From Kiritimatiellia bacterium (GTDB lineage Bacteria; Verrucomicrobiota; Kiritimatiellia; CAIQIC01; Lenti-01), in contig JAQUJC010000006.1 of the NCBI GenBank assembly GCA_028681135.1, positions 3,189-67,188 on the forward strand: a stretch of DNA of 64,000 nucleotides, in the 5' to 3' direction. The notes below the pieces were generated by a model, which worked only from the letters and a program-made list of their open reading frames with translations, was not told where the DNA came from and did not search any database. The translations under genes and the position numbers were made by a program. Positions 37,191 to 44,871 of this stretch are shown here, in pieces; the first letter of the stretch is position 1, and each line of letters begins with the position of its first letter.

Positions 37191-39080
37191 TCAGGACTTC
37201 TTGAGGCCGAGCGCTCCGCGCTTGGCGGCGATATGCGCTTCGATGGCGTCTGCGGCCTTCACGGGGTCCTGTTCAACAAAAACTCGGCCACCGGTCAGGC
37301 TTTCGACGTCCTGGGTCAGAATGCGGGTGACCAGCGGACTACCCATGATCGGTGGGGCCGGCGAGAGGTGCAGCGCCATCCCGAAGGCCACCGCTGTGAA
37401 CGCGTCCGCCACCGCCTTCTGTTCCATGTATTCGGGTGCCGATGCCACCACGGGCAGGTCCGGCACGTCCACGCCCAGCGCGTCTGCGACGGCCACGACG
37501 GTGGCGATGATCTTGCCGATGTCGGTGCAACTGCCGTAGGACAGGCAGGGCGGCACGCCCAGCGCGCCACACACTGAGGCGAGGCCGGGGCCCGCATGTT
37601 TGACCGAGTCGGTGCCCATGAGTCCCGCGTTTTGCATCGCGCTTGAGCAGCAGCCCGCGCCGATGACCAGGATATTGCGCTTGATCAGTTCACTCGCCAG
37701 CGTGGCGATATGCGCGCCCGACTCGCCTTCGCGGACCGTCGTGCACCCCACCAGGGCGGCAATGCCCTGCACCGAGCCGTTGGCAATCACGTCGATCAAC
37801 GGCTGGACGGTTCCGCCGAGCGCGCCGATTACGCTTTCCGTGGTGAAACCGGCAATGGCGGTTTGCTGGGTCGTGGGCACGTTGACGGCCCCGCGCTTTC
37901 CGAAGGCCGTGACAGCACGGTCGAGAATCGCCTCCGAAATGTCCACGGCCGTGTGCGGTTCGAATTCCAACCGTTCCACGCCGCCTTGCCGGATGACCTT
38001 GTCCGTGGAAATTAGGTGGGTGTGATATTTCGGAGCAAACTGTTCCGCGATGCTGGGCATGACGCAGTTATAGTCGAAGGCCAGCACGTCCACGGCTCCC
38101 GTGGCCAGCATCAATTCCTGCTGAATCCAGTTGCCGATCTGGCCGTAAAAGACGTCCTTGTATTCGGAGGCAATATTGAAGATTTGCTGGCCCTCGCACA
38201 GCGAGCCGTAGATTTTCAAGCCATTTTTGGCCCCGGCCTGCCGGGCCTTCTCCTGCCAGTTCTGCTTGCGCGCCGCCTCCAGAACCTTGATGGCCAGCAG
38301 GGGCTGGTGCCCGTGCATAATCACGTTGACGGCGTCCGGGTCGAGAACTCCGATATTGACCGAACCTTCGTTGGGCTTGGCCGTTCCGGTCAAGATTTCC
38401 TGCATGACGGTGATGCAGAATAGGCCGGCATATTCGTTGGCGATGCCCATGCGCAGGCAATGCGACAGCAGGTCTAGCACATCGTTGTTCACGTTGGTCA
38501 TCGTCTTCGACAGGCCGGTCGCTACTTCCGAGTTGGGACCGCCCGGAACGATGCCCAGCTTGCGCCAGACCGCAAGACGTTTCGGCGGTGCCAGGACGTC
38601 GACGAGCCGCATGGGGTCGTAGTCATTGCTGTTGATCTGCTGGATAAAGAGCGCACCGAGGTCACGCGCCATCTCCAGATCGGAGCCGCCGATGTCAAAC
38701 TGGGCCGCGAGTGCGCGCAATTTCTCCGGTTCCTTGATGGCATAGTCGGCCTGGCCTTCGCCGACAGCCTGCAGGGTGCGGGCCACATTGCGGGCATGGT
38801 AGACGTTGGCGGCGGTGCCCTGAGCACACTTGGCCAGCAGGTTGCGTGTCACGATCAGGTCGGCGGATGCGCCGCACACGCCGCGGTCGGCCTTGCGGGT
38901 GATCTGGCACGGACCGTCCGTGCACAGCGTGCAGCAGATGCCGAGTGTTCCAAAGGCGCATTGCGGCTGCTGGGCCGCGAACCGCTCATAGATCGTGGTC
39001 ATCCCATCCTTGCGGGCGACTTCATACATGTAATCGGACAGGCCGTCCGCCGGCTGGTTGCGATACTCAATGGTTTTCAT
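37191..39080 (-). CDS. cooS: anaerobic Ni,Fe carbon-monoxide dehydrogenase catalytic subunit
   Basis: The N-terminal cluster motifs are CAFGTLGICCTLCTDGPCQI and GVCGASAD. Its ~630 aa length, HGHQP, and the GCTTVREGESGAH and GAGCCS C-cluster regions are typical of CooS/CODH. Confidence 0.9.
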   Translation of the reverse strand: MKTIEYRNQPADGLSDYMYEVARKDGMTTIYERFAAQQPQCAFGTLGICCTLCTDGPCQITRKADRGVCGASADLIVTRNLLAKCAQGTAANVYHARNVARTLQAVGEGQADYAIKEPEKLRALAAQFDIGGSDLEMARDLGALFIQQINSNDYDPMRLVDVLAPPKRLAVWRKLGIVPGGPNSEVATGLSKTMTNVNNDVLDLLSHCLRMGIANEYAGLFCITVMQEILTGTAKPNEGSVNIGVLDPDAVNVIMHGHQPLLAIKVLEAARKQNWQEKARQAGAKNGLKIYGSLCEGQQIFNIASEYKDVFYGQIGNWIQQELMLATGAVDVLAFDYNCVMPSIAEQFAPKYHTHLISTDKVIRQGGVERLEFEPHTAVDISEAILDRAVTAFGKRGAVNVPTTQQTAIAGFTTESVIGALGGTVQPLIDVIANGSVQGIAALVGCTTVREGESGAHIATLASELIKRNILVIGAGCCSSAMQNAGLMGTDSVKHAGPGLASVCGALGVPPCLSYGSCTDIGKIIATVVAVADALGVDVPDLPVVASAPEYMEQKAVADAFTAVAFGMALHLSPAPPIMGSPLVTRILTQDVESLTGGRVFVEQDPVKAADAIEAHIAAKRGALGLKKS

Positions 39081-39466
39081 GGCTGCGCGTTCCTTTTCTG
39101 AGTTTGCGGCAATCTGTATGGGGATTCACATCGGGTTGGCTCGGGATTGCGAGGGAGGGGGGGGCCCGTCCCATTCTGCCGCTTCCGCGGCCCGAACCAG
39201 ATCGTCCGGGACAAATAAGACATTTTAGTCCGATATGTCAAGCGGGAACAGGATGACGACGGGGCGGTGGGGCGGGGACGGGGCAGGAGGCAAGTGCGGC
39301 GACTCGCAGATGTGTCCGGTGCGCTCCACCCTGACCGGAACGGATGATCCGGATTTGTTCTACGTTTTATAGCGGATATGGCCAGTTCCTTCTGTAAGGT
39401 GCGTCTGGTTGAGTGATCGGGCAAAATGGCCTGACCGGGTCCGCGAACTAGCCTGGATTATTCAGG

Positions 39467-39967
39467 CTAAGGTGTCGCCGCATCGTCCGTCTCCCTATCG
39501 CTTGGTCCATGGTACGCTTTCATATCCACGATCTTGCCGTGGGCGTCAAAAGTCATCACGTCGATGACTCGAATCAAAAGGGGGTGGCCGTCGGCCTGCA
39601 TATGGATGTCAAAGGCCATGGCGGCGGCGGCCCCGTACGACGTGCGGATTGGGGCGACCAGCTCGAGACGATCGACCTTGGTGACGGCCCTGCGATAGAA
39701 TTCATTGATCGCGGTGCGTCCCTCGACAATCGTCGCGCCTCCTACCGGGTCCTCGATCCGGGCATGGTCTGCGAACAGCGCCGCGAGCCCGCGGCCATCG
39801 TGACGGTTAAAAAGGTCGATATACGCCTGAAGCGCGATTCGCATCTGGTGTTCGCTGGCCATGGGTTCTCCTGGTGCTGCGGCCGTCGCGGCTTGCATCG
39901 TTATACCGATGGCGAGGCCCACTGCCGCAAAAAGGGCAATCACTCGTCTCGGCTTTATGCGGCTCAT
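39467..39967 (-). CDS. SnoaL/NTF2-like secreted protein
   Basis: It has a signal peptide (MSRIKPRRVIALFAAVGLAIGITMQAATAAA) and a ~130-aa NTF2-like fold pattern. The upstream part of the track ORF is likely non-coding. Confidence 0.55.
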   Translation of the reverse strand: MSRIKPRRVIALFAAVGLAIGITMQAATAAAPGEPMASEHQMRIALQAYIDLFNRHDGRGLAALFADHARIEDPVGGATIVEGRTAINEFYRRAVTKVDRLELVAPIRTSYGAAAAMAFDIHMQADGHPLLIRVIDVMTFDAHGKIVDMKAYHGPSDRETDDAATP

Positions 39968-40107
39968 ACTCGGAGTCTGCGGTTGGCATAGGTTCCTTGC
40001 TGTGGCATCCCGCACGTCGCCGGTTACGTCCGTCGTGTCCAGGTGGGTTTCGGGGGCGCTCATAGTCCGCCACATTGCGCTGTCAGGCATGCCGCTTTCC
40101 CGGGCCT

Positions 40108-40893
40108 TCATGGTTGGGCCCTGTACGTCTGCACAATGGCTGAAACCAAACGCACGAGAGCCGCGTTGCCATCCGATTCGCCCTTCTCGAAATCGTTTTC
40201 GACAACTCCCATCTGATTGGTTACGTGGGCAAAACAAATGATCGGATACCCTTTGGCCTCTGCCAGCGCATAGAGCGCCGCCGCTTCCATTTCGACGGCC
40301 AGCAGGGTTTCGGAACGCGCAAACGCAATGGCCTCGGCCGTCTCTCGAAACGGCGCGTCGGTCGTCCAGACCCCGCCTTGCACAACCGTAGCGGAGTCGC
40401 GCAATGCGCATTGTGCCAAGGCCAACGCCTCCGCCCCGATTCGCGCATAGGACGCACGAGGCCGATAGTGATAACTGGTCCCTTCATCGCGCAAGGCGCG
40501 GTCAACAAGCACGAAATACGGCGGTGGGCCAGCCGGAAGGATTTGCCCCGCCGAGGTCACGCTGATTAATAAACGGCACCCGGATGCGAATAACTCCTCC
40601 GCAACGAGCACCGCGAATGAGGCGCCAACGGCGCAGCCGAGCACCCCGACAATCGTTCCATCCACATCAAGCTCGTACAGTTCCGTGTGATAGCAGGCCC
40701 AATACGGATTGCGCTGCGCACCGGATTGCTGGAGGTGCCGGGACAGGTCGCCATCCGGATCCAGAACGCAAATATCCGGAACGCTGCCCGTCGGAATCGA
40801 CTTCTGCCTCCGCGCCTCGCGCAAAAGGCTCGTCGGTTCGAACACCGATGGCCGATCATGGTGTTTATGGTCGAGAATGGGGGGGGTGTTCAT
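40108..40893 (-). CDS. purine/uridine nucleoside phosphorylase family (PNP_UDP_1) protein
   Basis: The VEMEAAALYALA motif and the SVTSAG segment are present. The start MNTPPILD at 40893 lies 10 bp downstream of metY. Confidence 0.75.
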   Translation of the reverse strand: MNTPPILDHKHHDRPSVFEPTSLLREARRQKSIPTGSVPDICVLDPDGDLSRHLQQSGAQRNPYWACYHTELYELDVDGTIVGVLGCAVGASFAVLVAEELFASGCRLLISVTSAGQILPAGPPPYFVLVDRALRDEGTSYHYRPRASYARIGAEALALAQCALRDSATVVQGGVWTTDAPFRETAEAIAFARSETLLAVEMEAAALYALAEAKGYPIICFAHVTNQMGVVENDFEKGESDGNAALVRLVSAIVQTYRAQP

Positions 40894-40903
40894 TTCCGGT
40901 TGC

Positions 40904-42154
40904 TCAATCTTGGCGGTCCAGCGCCTGGCGGAAATCCTCCACGATATCCCGGGCATTTTCGATGCCGACCGATACGCGGATGGTGTCGTCCGTGGCCCCG
41001 AGCCGCGCTTTCTCCTCGTCGGAGTAATCGGCGCAGATGGTGCTGGCCGGATGGATGACCAGCGTCTTGGCATCGCCGATGCTGGTGAGGTTCTTCGCCA
41101 GTTTCAGCCGGTTGATGATCCGGAAAGCGGCGGCCTTGTCGGCGACGCTGAATGTCAGCAATCCGCTGGCGCGCCCGCCATAGAGTCGGGTGATCATTGC
41201 CCGGTGAGGAGAGTCCTCCAGCCCCGGATAGTTCACCCGGGCCACGCGGGGATGGTCCTGCAGGAATCGGGCCAGTGCCAGGGCGTTCGAGCAATGCCGG
41301 TCCATGCGCAGCGCCAAGGTCTGGAGTCCTTCGGTCAGCAGAAAGGAATTGAACGGCGCGGCGCATCCGCCCAGGTCCCGGTGCACACGCTTGCGGGCCT
41401 GCGCCGTGAATGCAAAATTCCGAAATGTCTGGTGGAATGGCGCGAAGTGCGGAAACGCGGGACTGTTCCAGTCGAAGACACCGCGGTCGATGATGGCCCC
41501 GCCGATGGTCGTGCCGGTGCCGTTGATGTATTTGCTGGTGGAGTACGCCAGCAGGTCGGCCCCGAGGCTGACGCCGGTGGCCAGAACCGGCGAAGTGACC
41601 GTCGTGTCGATCATCAAGGGCAGGCCCGCATCGTGCGCGAGTTGCGCCAGCGCGGGCACATCGGGCACGTCGAGCTTCGGGTTGCCGATCGTTTCCACGA
41701 ACAGCAGCCGCGTGCGGTCGGTGATCGCCTTACGGAACCCATCCAGATCCAGCGGATCCACGAATCGCGCGCTGATGCCGTATTGGGGCAGTGTGTCCCG
41801 GAACAGCGAATAGGTGCCGCCGAAGAGCGAGGACGACGAAAGAATCTCGTCGCCCGCGCGCAGGATCGTCAGCGCCGCCGTGGAAATGGCCGCCATGCCG
41901 GAGGCCGTGGCGATGGCCGAGCCACCGCCTTCCAGAAGGGCCAGCCGTTTTTCCAAGGCCCCCGTGGTCGGATTGCCCATCCGGGTATAGACCGGTCCCG
42001 CGGCACGACCGCGAAACAGGTTCTCCAGTTCCTCCGCCGTGGGCTTGGCAAAGGAAGACGATTGCACGATGGGCACGGCGGTGGCACCCCCAGGGCCCGA
42101 TTCCAATCCGCCGTGGACTAGTTGGGTTTCGATCTGATATGGATTTTTACTCAT
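40904..42154 (-). CDS. metY: O-acetylhomoserine sulfhydrylase (PLP-dependent Cys/Met metabolism family)
   Basis: It has the PLP-lysine motif YSTSKYINGTG. ETIGNP..DV and the N-terminal QLVHGG are present. Its 416 aa length is typical. Confidence 0.85.
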   Translation of the reverse strand: MSKNPYQIETQLVHGGLESGPGGATAVPIVQSSSFAKPTAEELENLFRGRAAGPVYTRMGNPTTGALEKRLALLEGGGSAIATASGMAAISTAALTILRAGDEILSSSSLFGGTYSLFRDTLPQYGISARFVDPLDLDGFRKAITDRTRLLFVETIGNPKLDVPDVPALAQLAHDAGLPLMIDTTVTSPVLATGVSLGADLLAYSTSKYINGTGTTIGGAIIDRGVFDWNSPAFPHFAPFHQTFRNFAFTAQARKRVHRDLGGCAAPFNSFLLTEGLQTLALRMDRHCSNALALARFLQDHPRVARVNYPGLEDSPHRAMITRLYGGRASGLLTFSVADKAAAFRIINRLKLAKNLTSIGDAKTLVIHPASTICADYSDEEKARLGATDDTIRVSVGIENARDIVEDFRQALDRQD

Positions 42155-42374
42155 GACCGCGGAACCTCAAACAGCGATGTAGATAAAAAGCGCTTTGCCC
42201 AATCGGGGCGTATCACGACGGTCGTCTCGTGGTGGGCCGAATTGGCCGGATTGCCGCGGGTCAGTTCGATGATCTCCATTCCCAGGCGAAGCGCGCCACG
42301 GACGTCGGCCTCCCACACCGTGGAAATATTTGTTTCACGCTGCGGAAAACAAAGAGAGGCGGGATGCACCGAAT

Positions 42375-42785
42375 TCATTCCCCCGCCCCCGGCACGTCGA
42401 TGGGCTCGGGTGTGGAAACACCGTCGAAGATGCGGAACGATTTCAAATCGGGAGCCGGCCCGGCCAGCGACAGGATGACGGTCGAGACGCCCGGGGCCTT
42501 GGCCAGGCGAATATCCTCTGCCGACGGCCGTGCGGGCGTGTCGGGATGGGTGTGATAGACCGCCAGCATTTCCTTTCCCTTCACGCGCAATTCTTTCGCA
42601 ACCGCGAACTGCTCCCGGGGCTCCATCAAGAAGTGAACGCGGCTTTGGTCCACGTTGGTCATGGGATGGAACTCGCTGACGACGCCACCGTTTCCGCTCA
42701 GGATTCCGCAGGTTTCCAGCGGGAATCCTGCCCGTCCGTGGGCAATCAATGCGTCTAGGATGTTTTTGGGGATGACCAGCATCAC
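42375..42785 (-). CDS. JAMM/MPN+ metalloprotease (Mec+/HcyD-like, sulfur-carrier C-terminal processing)
   Basis: The catalytic E (PLETCGIL) and the HTHPDTPARPSAED motif (HxHx7Sx2D) are present. It is adjacent to the E1-like and ThiS-like genes. Confidence 0.8.
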   Translation of the reverse strand: MMLVIPKNILDALIAHGRAGFPLETCGILSGNGGVVSEFHPMTNVDQSRVHFLMEPREQFAVAKELRVKGKEMLAVYHTHPDTPARPSAEDIRLAKAPGVSTVILSLAGPAPDLKSFRIFDGVSTPEPIDVPGAGE

Positions 42786-43597
42786 GTTGTCTCCAACTCG
42801 CAGACGTTCAGGGCGTCAGAGTTGTCTTTCAATTCCGTGAGGGTCGGCTGGCTGCCGCAAACCGGGCACTTGGGATTGCGCTGGATGCGGATTTCGCGGA
42901 AGGTCAGGGAGGTCGCGTTATAGGTCAGCAGGCGCCCGGTTAGGAGGTCGCCAATGCCAAGCAGATATTTGATGGCCTCGGTGGCCTGAATCGTGCCGAT
43001 CACGCCGGGCAGCACGCCGATCACCCCGGCCTCAGAACAGGTGGGAATGGCGTCCTTGGGGGGAGGGGCCGAAAAAATGCAGCGGTAGCAGGCGGATTCG
43101 TGCGGCTTGACGGTCAGTGTCTGGCCGTCGAAGCGCAGAATGCCACCATGCGAATACGGCTTGTTGCCCAGGACGCAGGCGTCGTTGATCAAAAACTTGG
43201 TGGCGAAGTTATCGGTGCCGTCGATGATGAAGTCATAGTCGGCGATAAACCCGGCGATGTTCTCGGCGCTGATCCATTCCTGGTGAGGATGCACCGTCAC
43301 ATCCGGATTGATGGCGCGGACTTTTTCGGCGGCCGAGACCACCTTGGGCTTGCCGATGTCCGGAGTGAAGTGGATGACCTGCCGCTGCAGGTTGGTCACA
43401 TCGACCATGTCCGCGTCGGCGATGCCGAGGGTGCCGACGCCCGCCGCGCCGAGATAGAGTGCGATGGGCGCGCCGAGGCCGCCGGCACCGATAATCAGTA
43501 CACGCCCCGCCAGCAACTTCTCCTGGCCCTTGCCGCCGATGTCCTGCAGCAGAATGTGCCGGGAATAGCGCTCGATCTGGTCCGCACGCAAACTCAT
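42782..43597 (-). CDS. MoeB/ThiF/MoeZ-type E1-like adenylyltransferase (HcyF-like)
   Basis: The N-terminus reads RYSRHILL. The ATP-binding motif GAGGLGAP, the catalytic Cys region, and the C-terminal CxxC zinc motif (CPVCG) are present. There is no rhodanese domain. Confidence 0.9.
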   Translation of the reverse strand: MSLRADQIERYSRHILLQDIGGKGQEKLLAGRVLIIGAGGLGAPIALYLGAAGVGTLGIADADMVDVTNLQRQVIHFTPDIGKPKVVSAAEKVRAINPDVTVHPHQEWISAENIAGFIADYDFIIDGTDNFATKFLINDACVLGNKPYSHGGILRFDGQTLTVKPHESACYRCIFSAPPPKDAIPTCSEAGVIGVLPGVIGTIQATEAIKYLLGIGDLLTGRLLTYNATSLTFREIRIQRNPKCPVCGSQPTLTELKDNSDALNVCELETT

Positions 43598-43809
43598 TGG
43601 CCTCCACCCCCCATGAAGTACAGGAATTCCAGCACGTCGCCGTCCTTCACTTGCGTGGTGCCAAAGGCTTCGCGCTCGAGAATGGTGCCGTTGAGTTCCA
43701 CGGTCACGTAGAGCGGATCGGCCACCTTCAGCGTGACGAGGGTCTCGTCGATATTCAGCGATTCCGTTCCCGCAATTTCCCTGGTTTCTCCGTTGACGGT
43801 CAGTTTCAT
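43594..43809 (-). CDS. ThiS/MoaD-family sulfur carrier protein with C-terminal GG-GGQ extension (HcyS/CysO-like)
   Basis: It is 71 aa with a beta-grasp pattern. It ends ...EFLYFMGGGGQ, so a Gly-Gly is followed by extra residues as in JAMM-processed carriers. It overlaps its neighbours by 4 bp. Confidence 0.75.
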   Translation of the reverse strand: MKLTVNGETREIAGTESLNIDETLVTLKVADPLYVTVELNGTILEREAFGTTQVKDGDVLEFLYFMGGGGQ

Positions 43810-44048
43810 GCGGGGCTCCCTTCCCGTTTTTGGATGACCAGCTTGTGGACGTTGTCTTTCACATGGACGTTCTCCACCACCGTGAATCCTTGCTCAATGG
43901 CGGTCTTGGGCACATTGCTCAGCGGCTCGCCCTCGCAGAGCAGCACTTCCAGCGTGTCGCCAGCGATCAGTTTTTCCAATTCCAGTTTGGTCTTCACAAA
44001 CGTCATCGGGCAGCGATCCTGGGTGATGTCCAGATGGATTGTACTCAT
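43806..44048 (-). CDS. tusA: TusA-family sulfurtransferase
   Basis: It is 80 aa with the CPMT (CPxP) active-site motif near the N-terminus (DITQDRCPMTFVKTK). Confidence 0.8.
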   Translation of the reverse strand: MSTIHLDITQDRCPMTFVKTKLELEKLIAGDTLEVLLCEGEPLSNVPKTAIEQGFTVVENVHVKDNVHKLVIQKREGSPA

Positions 44049-44524
44049 ATGAATAACGTTTCCCCTCCGTGGGACAGCTCGAGGAATGTCGCGACGCCCA
44101 GCACGTCCCGGATTTCGGGAATGAAATCGCCTTTTTTCAGGCCGAGCACGTGCATCGCCATTTCGCAGGCGTAGAGGTTCACGCCCAGCGCGAGGGAGGC
44201 ATCGAACAGCTCGTTCAGCGTCGCCACCTTGCGGCTTTTCATCAGGCCGGTCATCAGCTTTGGACTCAGCCCGCCGAAGTTCAGTCGACTCAGCGGCAGG
44301 GTCTTCCGTCCGCCCATCATGAAATTGAACGCACGGTCCAGGAAGCCCTTGCCCAGAAAGCGCCGCCCAGTCTTTTGCTTGATGATGTTCAATCCCCAGA
44401 AGGTGAAGAAGATATTCACCTCATAGTTCACCGCCGCCGCCCCCGATGCCAGGGTGAAGGCCGCGATCGCTTTGTCGAACTCTCCGCTCATGCAAATCAA
44501 AGACATTTTTTTCGTATCCGCCAT
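44045..44524 (-). CDS. DsrE/DsrF-like family protein
   Basis: It is ~159 aa and paralogous to the C-terminal domain of the 44872-47304 fusion protein (VNIFFTFWGLNIIK vs VSIFFTFWGLSVLR; ACEMAMHVLG vs ACDMAMGVMG). An AAGGAG RBS is present. Confidence 0.75.
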   Translation of the reverse strand: MADTKKMSLICMSGEFDKAIAAFTLASGAAAVNYEVNIFFTFWGLNIIKQKTGRRFLGKGFLDRAFNFMMGGRKTLPLSRLNFGGLSPKLMTGLMKSRKVATLNELFDASLALGVNLYACEMAMHVLGLKKGDFIPEIRDVLGVATFLELSHGGETLFI

Positions 44525-44871
44525 TACGTGCTCCTTCTCAAATGATACCTTCCACAGATAAACTAGATAATAGGAGTTATCAAATTCATTTCGGAAATTG
44601 TTCTGCCATGACTACCGGATTGAATCCTGGGAAATGGGACGAAAAATAGCTTAACTGGTTGTTTGTCTGTTAAGATATATAGGCAACCCACTTTTGGCGC
44701 TCTTCGCCGAGGGTTGCGCAATATCGAGTTTTTTGTCCGTTCAGACCTTCGGATCGGGGTGGTCGGGATGCCTCACCGAGACGTCCGTCTGGCGGGTCCG
44801 GAGCGAGGGTTTGGCGTCCATTCCCAGCCGTGATATATTTCAACCCGCTTTTACAAAGGAAGAGGCCTCGA

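Noticed and set aside
42155-42374. Looked for a SAM riboswitch (S-box/SAM-II) in the 220-nt metY leader.
   Set aside because: No S-box consensus elements (the kink-turn and GGAGGGA/GGCCC motifs) were found. The leader instead contains one copy of the TTCCAC-N3-GTGGGA palindrome.
44830-44871. An upstream start at 44830 (MIYFNPLLQRKRPR) for the CoADR fusion.
   Set aside because: A strong RBS (AAGGAAGAGG) precedes the Met at 44872, and MKTIIIGGVAGG is the canonical start of the family.
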